Assembly (NCBI GenBank): GCA_905235275.1
Contig: CAJOLA010000002.1
Span: forward strand, 2,033 to 66,032
DNA: 64,000 bases
Source: an uncultured Lachnospiraceae bacterium
GTDB lineage: Bacteria; Bacillota; Clostridia; Lachnospirales; Lachnospiraceae
Direction of reading: 5' to 3'
Positions 20,886 through 30,253 of this stretch are shown here, one piece after another; the first letter of the stretch is position 1; each line of letters opens with the position of its first letter. The translations under genes and the position numbers were made by a program. The notes beneath the pieces are model-generated. The model was not told the origin of the DNA and did not search any database. It saw only the letters and a program-made list of their open reading frames with translations.

Positions 20886-21684
20886 GGATATTACATTAGG
20901 ACAATACTATCCTGCGGATTCGGTCATTCACAGGCTGGATCCGAGAGTGAAGCTGCTTGGCACGCTTGTGTATATAGCATCGCTCTTTATAGGAAAGACG
21001 TTTTTTACATTTATTCCGATAAGCGTCTTTCTTGTAGCGGTAATAATATTATCAAAGGTTCCGGTATCCTTCATTTTGCGAGGAATTAAGCCGATTATCC
21101 CGCTCCTTATCATAAGCGTGATATTCAACCTGATTCTTACGCCCGGTGATTCTGTGATAGTGCATTTCTGGATTATCACTATCAACTGGGAAGGTGTGTG
21201 GCTTGCGGTATTTATCGCGGCAAGACTTGCGTACCTGGTGGCAGGTTCGTCCATTCTTACGCTGACCACAACGCCGACGAGACTGACGGACGGTATGGAA
21301 AAGGGGCTCAGATTTTTAAAGCCGCTTAAGGTTCCGGTGCATGAGATGGCGATGATGATGTCTATCGCACTCAGGTTTATTCCGATTCTTACCGAGGAGA
21401 CCGACAAGATAAAGAAGGCTCAGATGGCAAGGGGAGCGGATTTTGAAAGCGGGAATATCATGAAAAGGGTAAAAGCCATGATTCCGCTTCTTGTACCGCT
21501 TTTCGTATCGGCGTTCAGAAGAGCAAATGACCTGGCGACTGCCATGGAGGCAAGATGCTATAGCGGCGGGGACGGTCGTACGAAGATGAAACCGCTTATG
21601 TATACTGTTCATGATTTTATTGCCTATGGCATTATCGGTGCATATCTGGCATCGGTGATTGTAATGAGGGTTTTCGGTTTATGA
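20878..21684 (+). CDS. ecfT: ECF transporter transmembrane component EcfT
   Basis: Polytopic protein with the conserved ARG motif (QMARGADF) of EcfT/CbiQ proteins. The ATG at 20878 follows AGGAGAAGG. Confidence 0.9.
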   Translation: MFKDITLGQYYPADSVIHRLDPRVKLLGTLVYIASLFIGKTFFTFIPISVFLVAVIILSKVPVSFILRGIKPIIPLLIISVIFNLILTPGDSVIVHFWIITINWEGVWLAVFIAARLAYLVAGSSILTLTTTPTRLTDGMEKGLRFLKPLKVPVHEMAMMMSIALRFIPILTEETDKIKKAQMARGADFESGNIMKRVKAMIPLLVPLFVSAFRRANDLATAMEARCYSGGDGRTKMKPLMYTVHDFIAYGIIGAYLASVIVMRVFGL

Positions 21685-22442
21685 GAAGAGTTTTTTTAAG
21701 AGTTTCATATGACGGGACGGCTTATCACGGCTGGCAGGCTTTGCCGAATACCGTAACTGTTGAGGGCGTGTTAAATGATACGCTGACAAAGCTTACGGGC
21801 TCTCCTGTCGAGGTTATCGGAGCGAGCCGTACCGATGCGGGCGTGCATGCCTTGGGAAATGTCGCCGTATTTGATACGGATTCGACCATTCCGCCGGAGA
21901 GATTCTCTTATGCGTTAAATACCATGCTTCCGGACGACATAAGCGTTGTGGAATCATTTGAGGTTCCCCCTGACTTTCATCCGAGAAAGACAGACACTTA
22001 TAAAACTTACGAATATACGATACTAAATACCAAATTTCCACTGCCTGCACGAAGGAATTATACGTGGCACTTAAAAGCAGACCTCGATATCGATAAGATG
22101 AGAGCGGCGGCATCTTTGCTCATAGGACCGCATGATTTTAAGGGATTTTGCAGTGCGAAGACTCAGGTCGAGAATACGGTAAGAATCATTTATTCGATAA
22201 GCGTGTTAAAAGAGGGCGACGAGATTAAGATAAGAGTAAAGGGAAACGGCTTCCTCTATAACATGGTCCGCATAATAGCCGGGACTCTTGCGGCGGCCGG
22301 AGGCGCAGGGAAGGTTACGCCTGAAGATATAGAAAAAGCGCTTCGAACCGGTGACAGAAGCCTGGTCGGAAAGACGGCACCGCCTCAGGGACTGTGCCTT
22401 GTGGAGATAGAATATCCGGAATTGGAATATGAAGAGCCTTAA
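21681..22442 (+). CDS. truA: tRNA pseudouridine(38-40) synthase TruA
   Basis: YDGTAYHGWQ and the catalytic GASRTDAGVHA motif. Confidence 0.95.
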   Translation: MRRVFLRVSYDGTAYHGWQALPNTVTVEGVLNDTLTKLTGSPVEVIGASRTDAGVHALGNVAVFDTDSTIPPERFSYALNTMLPDDISVVESFEVPPDFHPRKTDTYKTYEYTILNTKFPLPARRNYTWHLKADLDIDKMRAAASLLIGPHDFKGFCSAKTQVENTVRIIYSISVLKEGDEIKIRVKGNGFLYNMVRIIAGTLAAAGGAGKVTPEDIEKALRTGDRSLVGKTAPPQGLCLVEIEYPELEYEEP

Positions 22443-22538
22443 AAAACGACATCGTCTGAGACACTTATATCGCGTAAAGTCAGTATCCGCAGCAGGTATT
22501 ATAAACTTATATGAATGCCGGCGTCTCTTAAGGGGAAG

Positions 22539-22627
22539 CAATTCGCTAAGCATTTCGCTAAGCAATTCGCTAAGCATTTCGCTAAGCATTTCGCTAAGCA
22601 TTTCGCTAAACAATTCGCTAAGCGTTT
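22539..22627. repeat. 12-bp tandem repeat, CA[A/T]TTCGCTAAG x7 plus a partial unit
   Basis: Seven head-to-tail 12-mers run from 22539 to 22622, plus a degenerate eighth. They lie in the convergent intergenic region downstream of truA. Confidence 0.95.
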
Positions 22628-22653
22628 CCCAAAGATAAAGTATTCGAAATATC

Positions 22654-22693
22654 AAAAAATGACAGGCCTTACATTAAAGACCTGTCATTTTTT
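22654..22693. terminator. bidirectional intrinsic terminator (truA / zinc-ribbon gene)
   Basis: AAAAAATGACAGG ... CCTGTCATTTTTT forms a perfect 13-bp stem, with an A-run on one side and a T-run on the other. Confidence 0.85.
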
Positions 22694-22701
22694 GTGAATT
22701 G

Positions 22702-23235
22702 TTACTCGTAGGGAGTAAAGAAGTCGGTAATTGAATCTCTGATATCCTCTCCGCTGCGAATAATAGAATCGCGAACCTCATATCCTTTCGTTCTTAAGAA
22801 ATCCAACATATCATCCGTAACTCCGTCATCTTCAAAATCGTCGAAGAAGTCATTGTCTCTGTCATCTTTCCGAGAATCGTTACGTCCCCTTTTTTTCTCC
22901 GGCTGAGTTGTTTCGGGCTGCGTGGTCGCAGGCTCAGTCGTTGCGGTAGTTGTAGTCGTTGTCGTGACCTCGGTTTCTTCCGCAACATCGGTCGGATTTG
23001 CGGTAGTGCCGGAGCCTGCGGTATTGGCAATAACCGCAATAATAACTGCGGCAGCTATACCGATGACTGCAGCAACCCCCCATGCCACCCATTTGACAGC
23101 CTTTTTTTTGCCGGGTTCATGTGTCTCTTCGGGGAACCGGTCGGAATTCTCTCCCATCCAATTAATCGGTGCCCCGCAATAAGTACAATAATCATCGCTT
23201 ACGCGAATCTTATGTCCACAATTATTACATTTCAT
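22702..23235 (-). CDS. zinc-ribbon domain membrane protein with Thr/Pro-rich linker and acidic C-terminus
   Basis: MKCNNCGHKI...CTYCG is a CxxC..CxxC zinc ribbon. One TM helix follows, then a TTTTTTTATTEPATTQPETTQPE low-complexity tract. ATG at 23235 after a GGAGGGG RBS. Confidence 0.7.
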   Translation of the reverse strand: MKCNNCGHKIRVSDDYCTYCGAPINWMGENSDRFPEETHEPGKKKAVKWVAWGVAAVIGIAAAVIIAVIANTAGSGTTANPTDVAEETEVTTTTTTTATTEPATTQPETTQPEKKRGRNDSRKDDRDNDFFDDFEDDGVTDDMLDFLRTKGYEVRDSIIRSGEDIRDSITDFFTPYE

Positions 23236-23400
23236 AAAATCCCCTCCAATAACTAAAAAAACGATCATATAATAATTGCCGATACATATATTTTAACACA
23301 AAAGTATGTTTGGGTAAAATCCGGACAATTTTTTTATTGATAATATGGCGATTTCAAGGTATTATTAATAGTCGGAAAATTAATATCGGGAGGTATTCGT

Positions 23401-23820
23401 ATGAGTGTTTCACAGATTTCAGTTTTTTTGGAAAACAAATCGGGCGCCTTGGCAAATCTTACTTCGACTCTTTCGGATAACGGCATCAATATAAGAGCCA
23501 TGTCCGTGGCAGAGACAAGTGAGTTTGGTATAGTCAGAATGATAACCGACGATGTCTACGAGGCTACAACCGTTCTTAAGGATGCGGGATTTATAGCCAA
23601 GTTTAACAGAGTTATCGGAGTTACCATTGCAGACGAGCCCGGAAGCCTGAATGAAGTTATTAACATTCTCGGGAATATGGGAGTTGATGTGGAGTACATG
23701 TACGCGTTTCTGGGAGGAGATAAGGCGGATCATGCCAATATAATTCTTCGTGTTCAGGATATAGACGCTGCCGAGAACGCACTTCGTAATGCAGGGTTAG
23801 AGTTGTTGGAGTGGGAATAA
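23401..23820 (+). CDS. ACT domain-containing protein (tandem ACT)
   Basis: 139-aa protein built from two ACT-like beta-alpha-beta-beta-alpha-beta halves (ISVFLENKSGALANLT / IGVTIADEPGSLNEV). Confidence 0.7.
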   Translation: MSVSQISVFLENKSGALANLTSTLSDNGINIRAMSVAETSEFGIVRMITDDVYEATTVLKDAGFIAKFNRVIGVTIADEPGSLNEVINILGNMGVDVEYMYAFLGGDKADHANIILRVQDIDAAENALRNAGLELLEWE

Positions 23821-23880
23821 ATTCCGATTTCCATTAAATTATTTATTGTTTGTTCATTGTTGATTAATTAGGAGAGAAAG

Positions 23881-25395
23881 ATGGCCATTAAGATTATCAT
23901 GTTAATTGCCTTTTTCAGTCTTATGGTCGCCATCGGATTTTACTGCCGCAGGCAGGCAAGAGATGTTGACGGCTTTGTGCTGGGAGGCAGAGGGGCAGGG
24001 CCCTGGCTTACCGCATTTGCGTACGGAACTTCGTATTTTTCCGCGGTAGTTTTTGTCGGCTATGCGGGACAGTTCGGTTGGAAATACGGAATATCGGCTA
24101 CATGGGCCGGTATCGGTAATGCTTTGATCGGATCGCTTCTTGCATGGGTGATTCTTGGTAGAAGAACGAGAAGAATGACACAGCATCTGAATTCCAAGAC
24201 GATGCCCGATTTCTTCGAGAAAAGATTCGGTAACAATTCACTTAAGATTGCGGCATCAATCATTACCTTCGTATTCCTGATTCCGTATACGGCATCCCTT
24301 TATAACGGTTTGTCGAGACTTTTCGGAATGGCATTTTCCATTGATTATTCCGTCTGCGTAATAATCATGGCCGTTCTTACGGGTGTATACGTAATCGCCG
24401 GAGGATATATGGCTACCGCGATTAACGACTTTATCCAGGGTATCGTCATGCTCTTCGGTATTGTTGCGGTTATTGTTGCAGTACTTAATACAAAGGGAGG
24501 CCTGATGGCATCCCTCGACGGTTTGGCACAGGTAAACGATGCGAGCGTTTCATCAACTCCGGGTATATTTAATTCGTTCCTGGGGCCCGATCCCCTGAAT
24601 CTGCTGGGAGTGGTGCTTCTAACGTCCCTCGGTACGTGGGGGCTTCCTCAGATGGTTACCAAGTTTTATGCGATTAAGTCAGAGAAGTCAATAAGACCGG
24701 GAACCGTTATTTCAACGATATTCGCACTTGTTGTAGCCGGAGGATGCTATTTCCTCGGCGGATTCGGAAGACTTTTCTCAGGTCAGATAGATATCGCGGC
24801 CAACGGATTCGACTCAATCGTTCCTACGATGCTTAGCGGTCTTCCGGATATCCTTATCGGTCTTGTCGTAATCCTTGTTATGTCAGCATCCATGTCGACG
24901 CTTTCATCACTTGTGCTTACATCAAGCTCCACGATAACTCTTGATCTGATAAATGCCAACAGAAAGAACAAATTAAGCGAGAAAAAGCAGGTGTTTATCA
25001 TGAGGATTTTCATCGTGGTATTCATTGCGATTTCCGTATTTATCGCGATTCTCCAGTATAAGTCCAGCGTTACCTTTATAGCGCAGCTTATGGGAGTATC
25101 GTGGGGAGCACTTGCGGGAGCATTCCTTGCGCCGTTCCTTTACGGCCTGTTCTGGAAGAGAACGACCGTTGCGGCATGCTGGGTGAACTTTATTTTCTCC
25201 TGCACGGTTATGCTTTTGAACATCTTCTGCAAATCGGCATTCCCGGTACTTCTTCAGTCACCGATTAATGCCGGAGCATTCTGTATGCTTGCGGGTCTTG
25301 GCATAGTGCCGCTGGTTTCGATATTTACGCCGAAACCCAAAAAACCTGTTTTAGACTTTGCTTTTGAGATATTTAAAAAGGAAAATGAAGGGTAA
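23881..25395 (+). CDS. sodium:solute symporter family (SSF) transporter
   Basis: 504 aa with about 13 TM helices. SSF-like motifs are present (GGRGAGPWLTAFAYGTSYFSA, GLPQMVTKFYA). Confidence 0.8.
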   Translation: MAIKIIMLIAFFSLMVAIGFYCRRQARDVDGFVLGGRGAGPWLTAFAYGTSYFSAVVFVGYAGQFGWKYGISATWAGIGNALIGSLLAWVILGRRTRRMTQHLNSKTMPDFFEKRFGNNSLKIAASIITFVFLIPYTASLYNGLSRLFGMAFSIDYSVCVIIMAVLTGVYVIAGGYMATAINDFIQGIVMLFGIVAVIVAVLNTKGGLMASLDGLAQVNDASVSSTPGIFNSFLGPDPLNLLGVVLLTSLGTWGLPQMVTKFYAIKSEKSIRPGTVISTIFALVVAGGCYFLGGFGRLFSGQIDIAANGFDSIVPTMLSGLPDILIGLVVILVMSASMSTLSSLVLTSSSTITLDLINANRKNKLSEKKQVFIMRIFIVVFIAISVFIAILQYKSSVTFIAQLMGVSWGALAGAFLAPFLYGLFWKRTTVAACWVNFIFSCTVMLLNIFCKSAFPVLLQSPINAGAFCMLAGLGIVPLVSIFTPKPKKPVLDFAFEIFKKENEG

Positions 25396-26095
25396 GATTA
25401 TAACGATTATAATTAGCGCAGCAGCTGTTGCTGCGCTTGTTTGGTTTTTAAACTCAGATTACAGAAATATATTGTTTTCGCCGTTTTGGAGTGACAGTGC
25501 GGTTACAGCCACGAACATCGCACAGGAATCGGAATCCGAGACCACGGTATTTGTTCGGGACAGCAAAGACCGTGCCGGAATTTCCGTAAGCCGTGATTTC
25601 GGGGACTTCAGGGGACACGTTGAAAAGGATTACTATGTAATAGACTATTGCAACGAGGATGCCGGCGTAATTAAGGTGCCGGATTCAATCGACGGATATC
25701 CTGTCAAAAAGCTCGGGAAACTCAGCTTCGCAAGGAGATTTTGCAAAGAGATTATTATTCCGGACAGCGTTGAGGAGATAGGAGAGCGTGCATTTATTAA
25801 CTGCGAAGAGCTCGAAAAGATTACTCTGGGCAAGGGCTTAAAGAAAATGGGATCAGAGGCTCTAAAGAGCTGTCATGTTCTGAAAGCGGTCGCGTTTCCC
25901 GAAGGAATGCAGGAGATAGGCGATATGGTTTTTGATGAGAATGAGAATCTCGAAAGCATCGGTATTCCCGGGAAGGATACCAAAATAGGGGCGCTTATAG
26001 AGAAGTCCTCATGCCCGAAAGCCGTAATAGTCACACCTAAGGATTCACAGGCGGATAAGACCGCAAAGGAAAAACAGTTTTCCGTACGTAATTAA
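25385..26095 (+). CDS. leucine-rich repeat (BspA-type, LRR_5) protein with N-terminal membrane anchor
   Basis: Repeats of the form IPDSVEEIGERAFINCEELEKITLGKGLKKMGSEALKSC are typical BspA-like LRRs. The ATG at 25385 overlaps the symporter stop. Confidence 0.7.
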   Translation: MKGKIITIIISAAAVAALVWFLNSDYRNILFSPFWSDSAVTATNIAQESESETTVFVRDSKDRAGISVSRDFGDFRGHVEKDYYVIDYCNEDAGVIKVPDSIDGYPVKKLGKLSFARRFCKEIIIPDSVEEIGERAFINCEELEKITLGKGLKKMGSEALKSCHVLKAVAFPEGMQEIGDMVFDENENLESIGIPGKDTKIGALIEKSSCPKAVIVTPKDSQADKTAKEKQFSVRN

Positions 26096-26221
26096 AATCA
26101 GGATTTGAAAGATTTTGGTAAACAATTCTTATAAAACGTGATAAAAATTTTAATGAAAAATTTATAAAAAGATAGTATAATAGGTCGAGTAAATTTAAAC
26201 CTTTTAATGACAGGAGATATC

Positions 26222-26923
26222 ATGTTGACTTTTAAAGACATATTAAAAGAATGCAGTCCGGAGGAAATAATCAAATATCTTGATACGGATTCGGTTGATG
26301 AATACAAAGAAGTATATGCCAAGTTAATGGATCTTGAGCCCGTTGATACGGGATGTGTATTCGTTGGTATTGATTATACCGGATGCGGTAAGACTGAAAA
26401 TGAGGTTGCCGCCTATAATGCAGAAGAATTAAAGGAAGCTTTGGGTTCTTCATCTAAGTTGGCATCTGTCTCTTTTGAAGAAGTAGCGAATCTTTCAGGA
26501 GAAGAAGCAGGCAAGCTTGCCGGAGTGACTGTTTTACCGGTGGCCGTGATGTATGAATGCTGTCCGTGGAACGAAGTGCTTGGATTTAAAGTAGACAGAG
26601 AGAATGTTGACAGCTACGGCGTTGTTCCTTTTGTCGGTGACGTACTTTTTAAAATGACATTCTTTAGTTTCTCCGAAGAAGAGATAGCGGAGATCAGAGA
26701 GGTTATTAAGGATACCATGTCTTTGGTTGATGAGACCAGAAAGATGGACGAGGAAGAGAGAGAAAAGAATATTTTCTCAGCTGAGAGAAGTGCCGCATAT
26801 TTTTCATTCCAGGATAACAGACCTGAAGAAGAGAAGATGGAAGATATGTATGAAGCCGCCAGAGGTACCGTTCGAAATCTTATTCGTGAATATGAGACGG
26901 TAAAAAACGTGGTCGGGATTTGA
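26222..26923 (+). CDS. hypothetical acidic cytoplasmic protein
   Basis: Long ORF with an AGGAG RBS 5 nt before the ATG at 26222 (alternative ATG at 26207). I recognise no family. Confidence 0.5.
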   Translation: MLTFKDILKECSPEEIIKYLDTDSVDEYKEVYAKLMDLEPVDTGCVFVGIDYTGCGKTENEVAAYNAEELKEALGSSSKLASVSFEEVANLSGEEAGKLAGVTVLPVAVMYECCPWNEVLGFKVDRENVDSYGVVPFVGDVLFKMTFFSFSEEEIAEIREVIKDTMSLVDETRKMDEEEREKNIFSAERSAAYFSFQDNRPEEEKMEDMYEAARGTVRNLIREYETVKNVVGI

Positions 26924-26942
26924 ATATCAGGGAGCGTGAGTG

Positions 26943-27848
26943 ATGATAAGGACGATGATTAACGGGTTATGTATGTCTCTTGCAGACAGCGTACCCGGTG
27001 TGTCGGGGGGCACGGTTGCCTATATCATGGGCTTCTACGAGGACTTCATAGGCAGTATTAATGATATATTCTACGGTGATAAAAGCAAGAAAAAGGATGC
27101 CGCCTTTTATCTCATCAAGATAGGTATCGGCTGGGCAATCGGTATGATTGTTGCCGTTTTGGTCCTGACAAGTATGTTCGAAAAACATATTTACACGATC
27201 AGCTCTCTGTTTATGGGATTTATTATGGCATCCATTCCGGTAATGATTTATGAAGAGTTACAGGAAGAGGCGGAGAATAAGCTTAAATTTAAGCCTTACT
27301 ATCTTATATTCATCGGTATAGGAATAGTTACGGTAGTGCTTCTTACAATTTTTAAGAGCAACTCAGGCGATACGATTATTATGAGTGTATCTCATCTGAA
27401 TATAGGAAGTATTATTTATATTTTCCTTGGAGGATGCATATCGATATCGGCCATGTTTTTGCCGGGTATATCGGGTTCCACCATCCTTTTGGTTATGGGG
27501 CTTTACATACCGGTTATGACGGCCGGAAAGGAATTGCTGCATATGCACATTTCTTATCTGCCGGCACTTATAATATTTGCTGCCGGTATGGTAGTCGGAG
27601 CACTCAGTGTCGTTAAGTTGATTGAATATTGCCTGAGCAGATTCAGACATCAGACGATGTTCCTCATAATAGGTCTGATGCTCGGTTCCCTTTTTGCAAT
27701 AGTTATGGGACCGACGACCTTAGAGAATCCGGAACCGCCTCTTTCCATAGGAACATTTAACTGGATAGCATTCTTCATCGGAATCGCGCTTATCGTTTTG
27801 CTTCAGTTCGCGGGAACGAACAAGAAAAAAAGAGAAGGCACGACGTGA
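26943..27848 (+). CDS. DUF368 domain membrane protein
   Basis: Duplicated motifs SVPGVSGGTVAYIMG and LPGISGSTILLVMG, characteristic of DUF368. Confidence 0.7.
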   Translation: MIRTMINGLCMSLADSVPGVSGGTVAYIMGFYEDFIGSINDIFYGDKSKKKDAAFYLIKIGIGWAIGMIVAVLVLTSMFEKHIYTISSLFMGFIMASIPVMIYEELQEEAENKLKFKPYYLIFIGIGIVTVVLLTIFKSNSGDTIIMSVSHLNIGSIIYIFLGGCISISAMFLPGISGSTILLVMGLYIPVMTAGKELLHMHISYLPALIIFAAGMVVGALSVVKLIEYCLSRFRHQTMFLIIGLMLGSLFAIVMGPTTLENPEPPLSIGTFNWIAFFIGIALIVLLQFAGTNKKKREGTT

Positions 27849-27871
27849 TGATATAAGAAGTAATAAGCAGT

Positions 27872-27911
27872 GAGTATATATGGGAGTCTCCTATATATAC
27901 TCTTTTCTTTT
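27872..27911 (+). terminator. intrinsic terminator after the DUF368 gene
   Basis: GAGTATATATGGGAG/CTCCTATATATACTC forms a 15-bp stem with one G-T pair, followed by a T-rich run. Confidence 0.8.
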
Positions 27912-27959
27912 TATGATATAATAAATTAGTTAGTTAAAAGAAAAAGGAGGCGGTCGCAT

Positions 27960-30080
27960 ATGAATATTACCTTCGGAAAACTTCTGAAAGCTGATTTAAG
28001 AAAAAGATTATGGATGATAATACTTATTTTTGCGGTAAGTATTGTTGCATATCCGATTTTTTATCAGATTTTCCTTTCGTCCGTTTCTGAAGGCAATACC
28101 GATTATATAGGGACTATCGTAACCAAAGACAATGCTACGGAATTAGTCCTCGGGTGGCGTAACAGAAGTATTTACTATATTGTTACGGGTGCGGCTATTT
28201 TGGCAGCCGTTACGGGTTTTGCATATCTTGATTTAGAAGACCCCGAAATGAAATACCAGGGCAGAAATGTCGATAAAGATACATGGTTTAAGGTTCGATG
28301 GCTCGGAGGTTACATTGCGGGAATTGTTCCTGTGCTTATCGGCGCCCTGATTGCAATATTTGCGATAGCTCCGATTAATGTTGCTTTTTCAGCCCCTAAT
28401 ATCGGAATGGCTTTTTCCACGCTCGGTATCGTAATAGTCGGTTTTACGGCCATATATGCAGCTTGTGTACTGGCGATGGTCCTTACGGGCAAGATAATAA
28501 CGGGGCTCCTTATGTGCGGGCTTTTCCTGGGATATGCTCCCATGTGCGGTGCGCTTATCGGAGGATTTAAGGACGGATTCTTTTCAAGAATATATATCCC
28601 GTACGAGCACATGTCCGATTCACCTTTTATGTATTTTTCTCCCGTTACGGCATTCAGAATCGTGGCGGAAAGACCGTCAAGCGTCTGGGGATGGATTTCA
28701 CTCGGTGTATTTATTGCGGCAGGAACGGCCCTTTCGTTTAAGCTTGTAAAGCTTCGTACGCAGGATACTCCCGGTTATGCCATGCTTTATGACAGGATGC
28801 GCGGCATCGTAAAGGTAATCTGGGGAATACCTGTTGCCTTGGTTGCCGGAATGATATTTACGGTATTTTCCGATAATAAAGCCACATTCATGTTTATACT
28901 GGGAACCTATATAGGTGCATTCGTCGTCAATATTGCCATTCAGTATCTGTTTGATTACGACATTGAGACCAACAAAAGGCATTTTATATCAGGCGGAGTA
29001 ATTTTTGGCGGAGTGACCGTTGTTATCCTGATTCTGTTTTGCGATCCGTTCGGCATTAACAGAAACATACCCGCAAAAGAGAATGTAAAAAGCATGTCGG
29101 TTGCAAGCTCCGACACCTCGGGACAGCTCAGACTTCTCGGAGGCTTCATGGAGAATGAAGACAGCATAAATGCAAGAGATACCGACTGGCTTCTTACGAA
29201 TACGTTTATCGAAGATTTCGATAAGATATATGATGTTGCAAGTGAAGGTACCAAGTATAAGAACGCGAACGGAAGAGCTTATACGGAAGTTTATGTAGGC
29301 TTTGAGTTAAATAACGGACGTAAGCTCTACAGAAAATATGATATCGATCTTACGGTTTCACAGGAGACCATCGATAACCTTTCAGAGCTTGAGACCTACA
29401 GGGAGAGATTCTATCCTACGGCATACATTGAGAATAACGCATATAAGCAGGCGCAGCTTGGCGGATGGAATTTTGCGGATCTTATGGATGCAAAGGATAA
29501 GAAAAGAGTGGATTTATCCGAAGAACAGGTTAAGAATCTTACGAAGGCCATAAAGGAAGACAGTCTGAAGTTCAGCAGTAAAAAGCTTAAAGAAAGCATG
29601 CCGACGGGAGATTTGATTTTATACTACGAAAAATCCGGTTTTGACGAAATATACGTATATCCGGAATATACCAATACGATTAAAGTTCTTGAAAGCCTCG
29701 GTATGGCAGGCGCACTGAAGTTTAATCCTGCAGAGCTTCCGAAAAACATTCAGTCTGCCACATTAAAGGTTGCGGAGACCTCCAATGCGCTGCAGACCTC
29801 TGAGGATACCGGAGAAGAGAGTGACATTGACGTAGAGAATTTAAATAATGTTAACGGAATGCTTTACGGTACGTATCGTATGGAAGCAAAGGACTACGAC
29901 TTCGGAAAGAACGAGATTGAAAGCCTCCTTGAATGCCTTGCTCCGGCCCGCGCCGGTGTAATGGAGTCGATGGACAGATCATTTACCCTTACTTTAAAGA
30001 GAGCGGAAAACGATCAGGACTTCTATGAAGCGGTAGTAACGGATGAAAAAGGATTAAATAAACTTCTGGAAGGAAAATAA
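27960..30080 (+). CDS. hypothetical polytopic membrane protein: about 9 TM helices (ABC-2-permease-like) plus a roughly 330-aa C-terminal soluble domain
   Basis: AAAGGAGG RBS. The hydrophobic N-terminal 370 aa starts FGKLLKADLRKRLWMIILIF, as in ABC-2 permeases. No ATPase gene is adjacent. Confidence 0.5.
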   Translation: MNITFGKLLKADLRKRLWMIILIFAVSIVAYPIFYQIFLSSVSEGNTDYIGTIVTKDNATELVLGWRNRSIYYIVTGAAILAAVTGFAYLDLEDPEMKYQGRNVDKDTWFKVRWLGGYIAGIVPVLIGALIAIFAIAPINVAFSAPNIGMAFSTLGIVIVGFTAIYAACVLAMVLTGKIITGLLMCGLFLGYAPMCGALIGGFKDGFFSRIYIPYEHMSDSPFMYFSPVTAFRIVAERPSSVWGWISLGVFIAAGTALSFKLVKLRTQDTPGYAMLYDRMRGIVKVIWGIPVALVAGMIFTVFSDNKATFMFILGTYIGAFVVNIAIQYLFDYDIETNKRHFISGGVIFGGVTVVILILFCDPFGINRNIPAKENVKSMSVASSDTSGQLRLLGGFMENEDSINARDTDWLLTNTFIEDFDKIYDVASEGTKYKNANGRAYTEVYVGFELNNGRKLYRKYDIDLTVSQETIDNLSELETYRERFYPTAYIENNAYKQAQLGGWNFADLMDAKDKKRVDLSEEQVKNLTKAIKEDSLKFSSKKLKESMPTGDLILYYEKSGFDEIYVYPEYTNTIKVLESLGMAGALKFNPAELPKNIQSATLKVAETSNALQTSEDTGEESDIDVENLNNVNGMLYGTYRMEAKDYDFGKNEIESLLECLAPARAGVMESMDRSFTLTLKRAENDQDFYEAVVTDEKGLNKLLEGK

Positions 30081-30253
30081 AATAAAAGCAATAAAAAAGA
30101 GAGTCGCATGAGGGGGGTAAATAGCGACTCCCTTGACCCGTTCGCTTACTAAATCGAAGCGGGGGCGATGATATTGATATAAATGATATACTATCTATCA
30201 TTTACGTATGCATTCTATCACACTTTTTTCACAATTTCAAGAGGGGGAAGCAA

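Noticed and set aside
22206-22655. A 149-aa minus-strand ORF with LSEMLSEM repeats.
   Set aside because: It is antisense to the well-supported truA 3' end and to the 12-bp repeat, and has no RBS.
22515-22697. A 60-aa ORF encoding a cationic amphipathic repeat peptide (KQFAKHFAKQFAKHFAKHFAKHFAKQFAKRF), which looks like an antimicrobial-peptide design.
   Set aside because: There is no Shine-Dalgarno sequence before the ATG. The ORF runs through the bidirectional terminator hairpin, and its stop codon lies beyond the T-run, so terminated transcripts would lack a stop. The peptide periodicity simply mirrors the 12-bp DNA repeat. A ribosome-profiling check would be cheap, but I do not call it a gene.
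30081-30253. A GAGTCGC...GCGACTC hairpin after the 706-aa gene, considered as a terminator.
   Set aside because: The stem is 7 bp with a 16-nt loop and no following T-run. This is not convincing as an intrinsic terminator.
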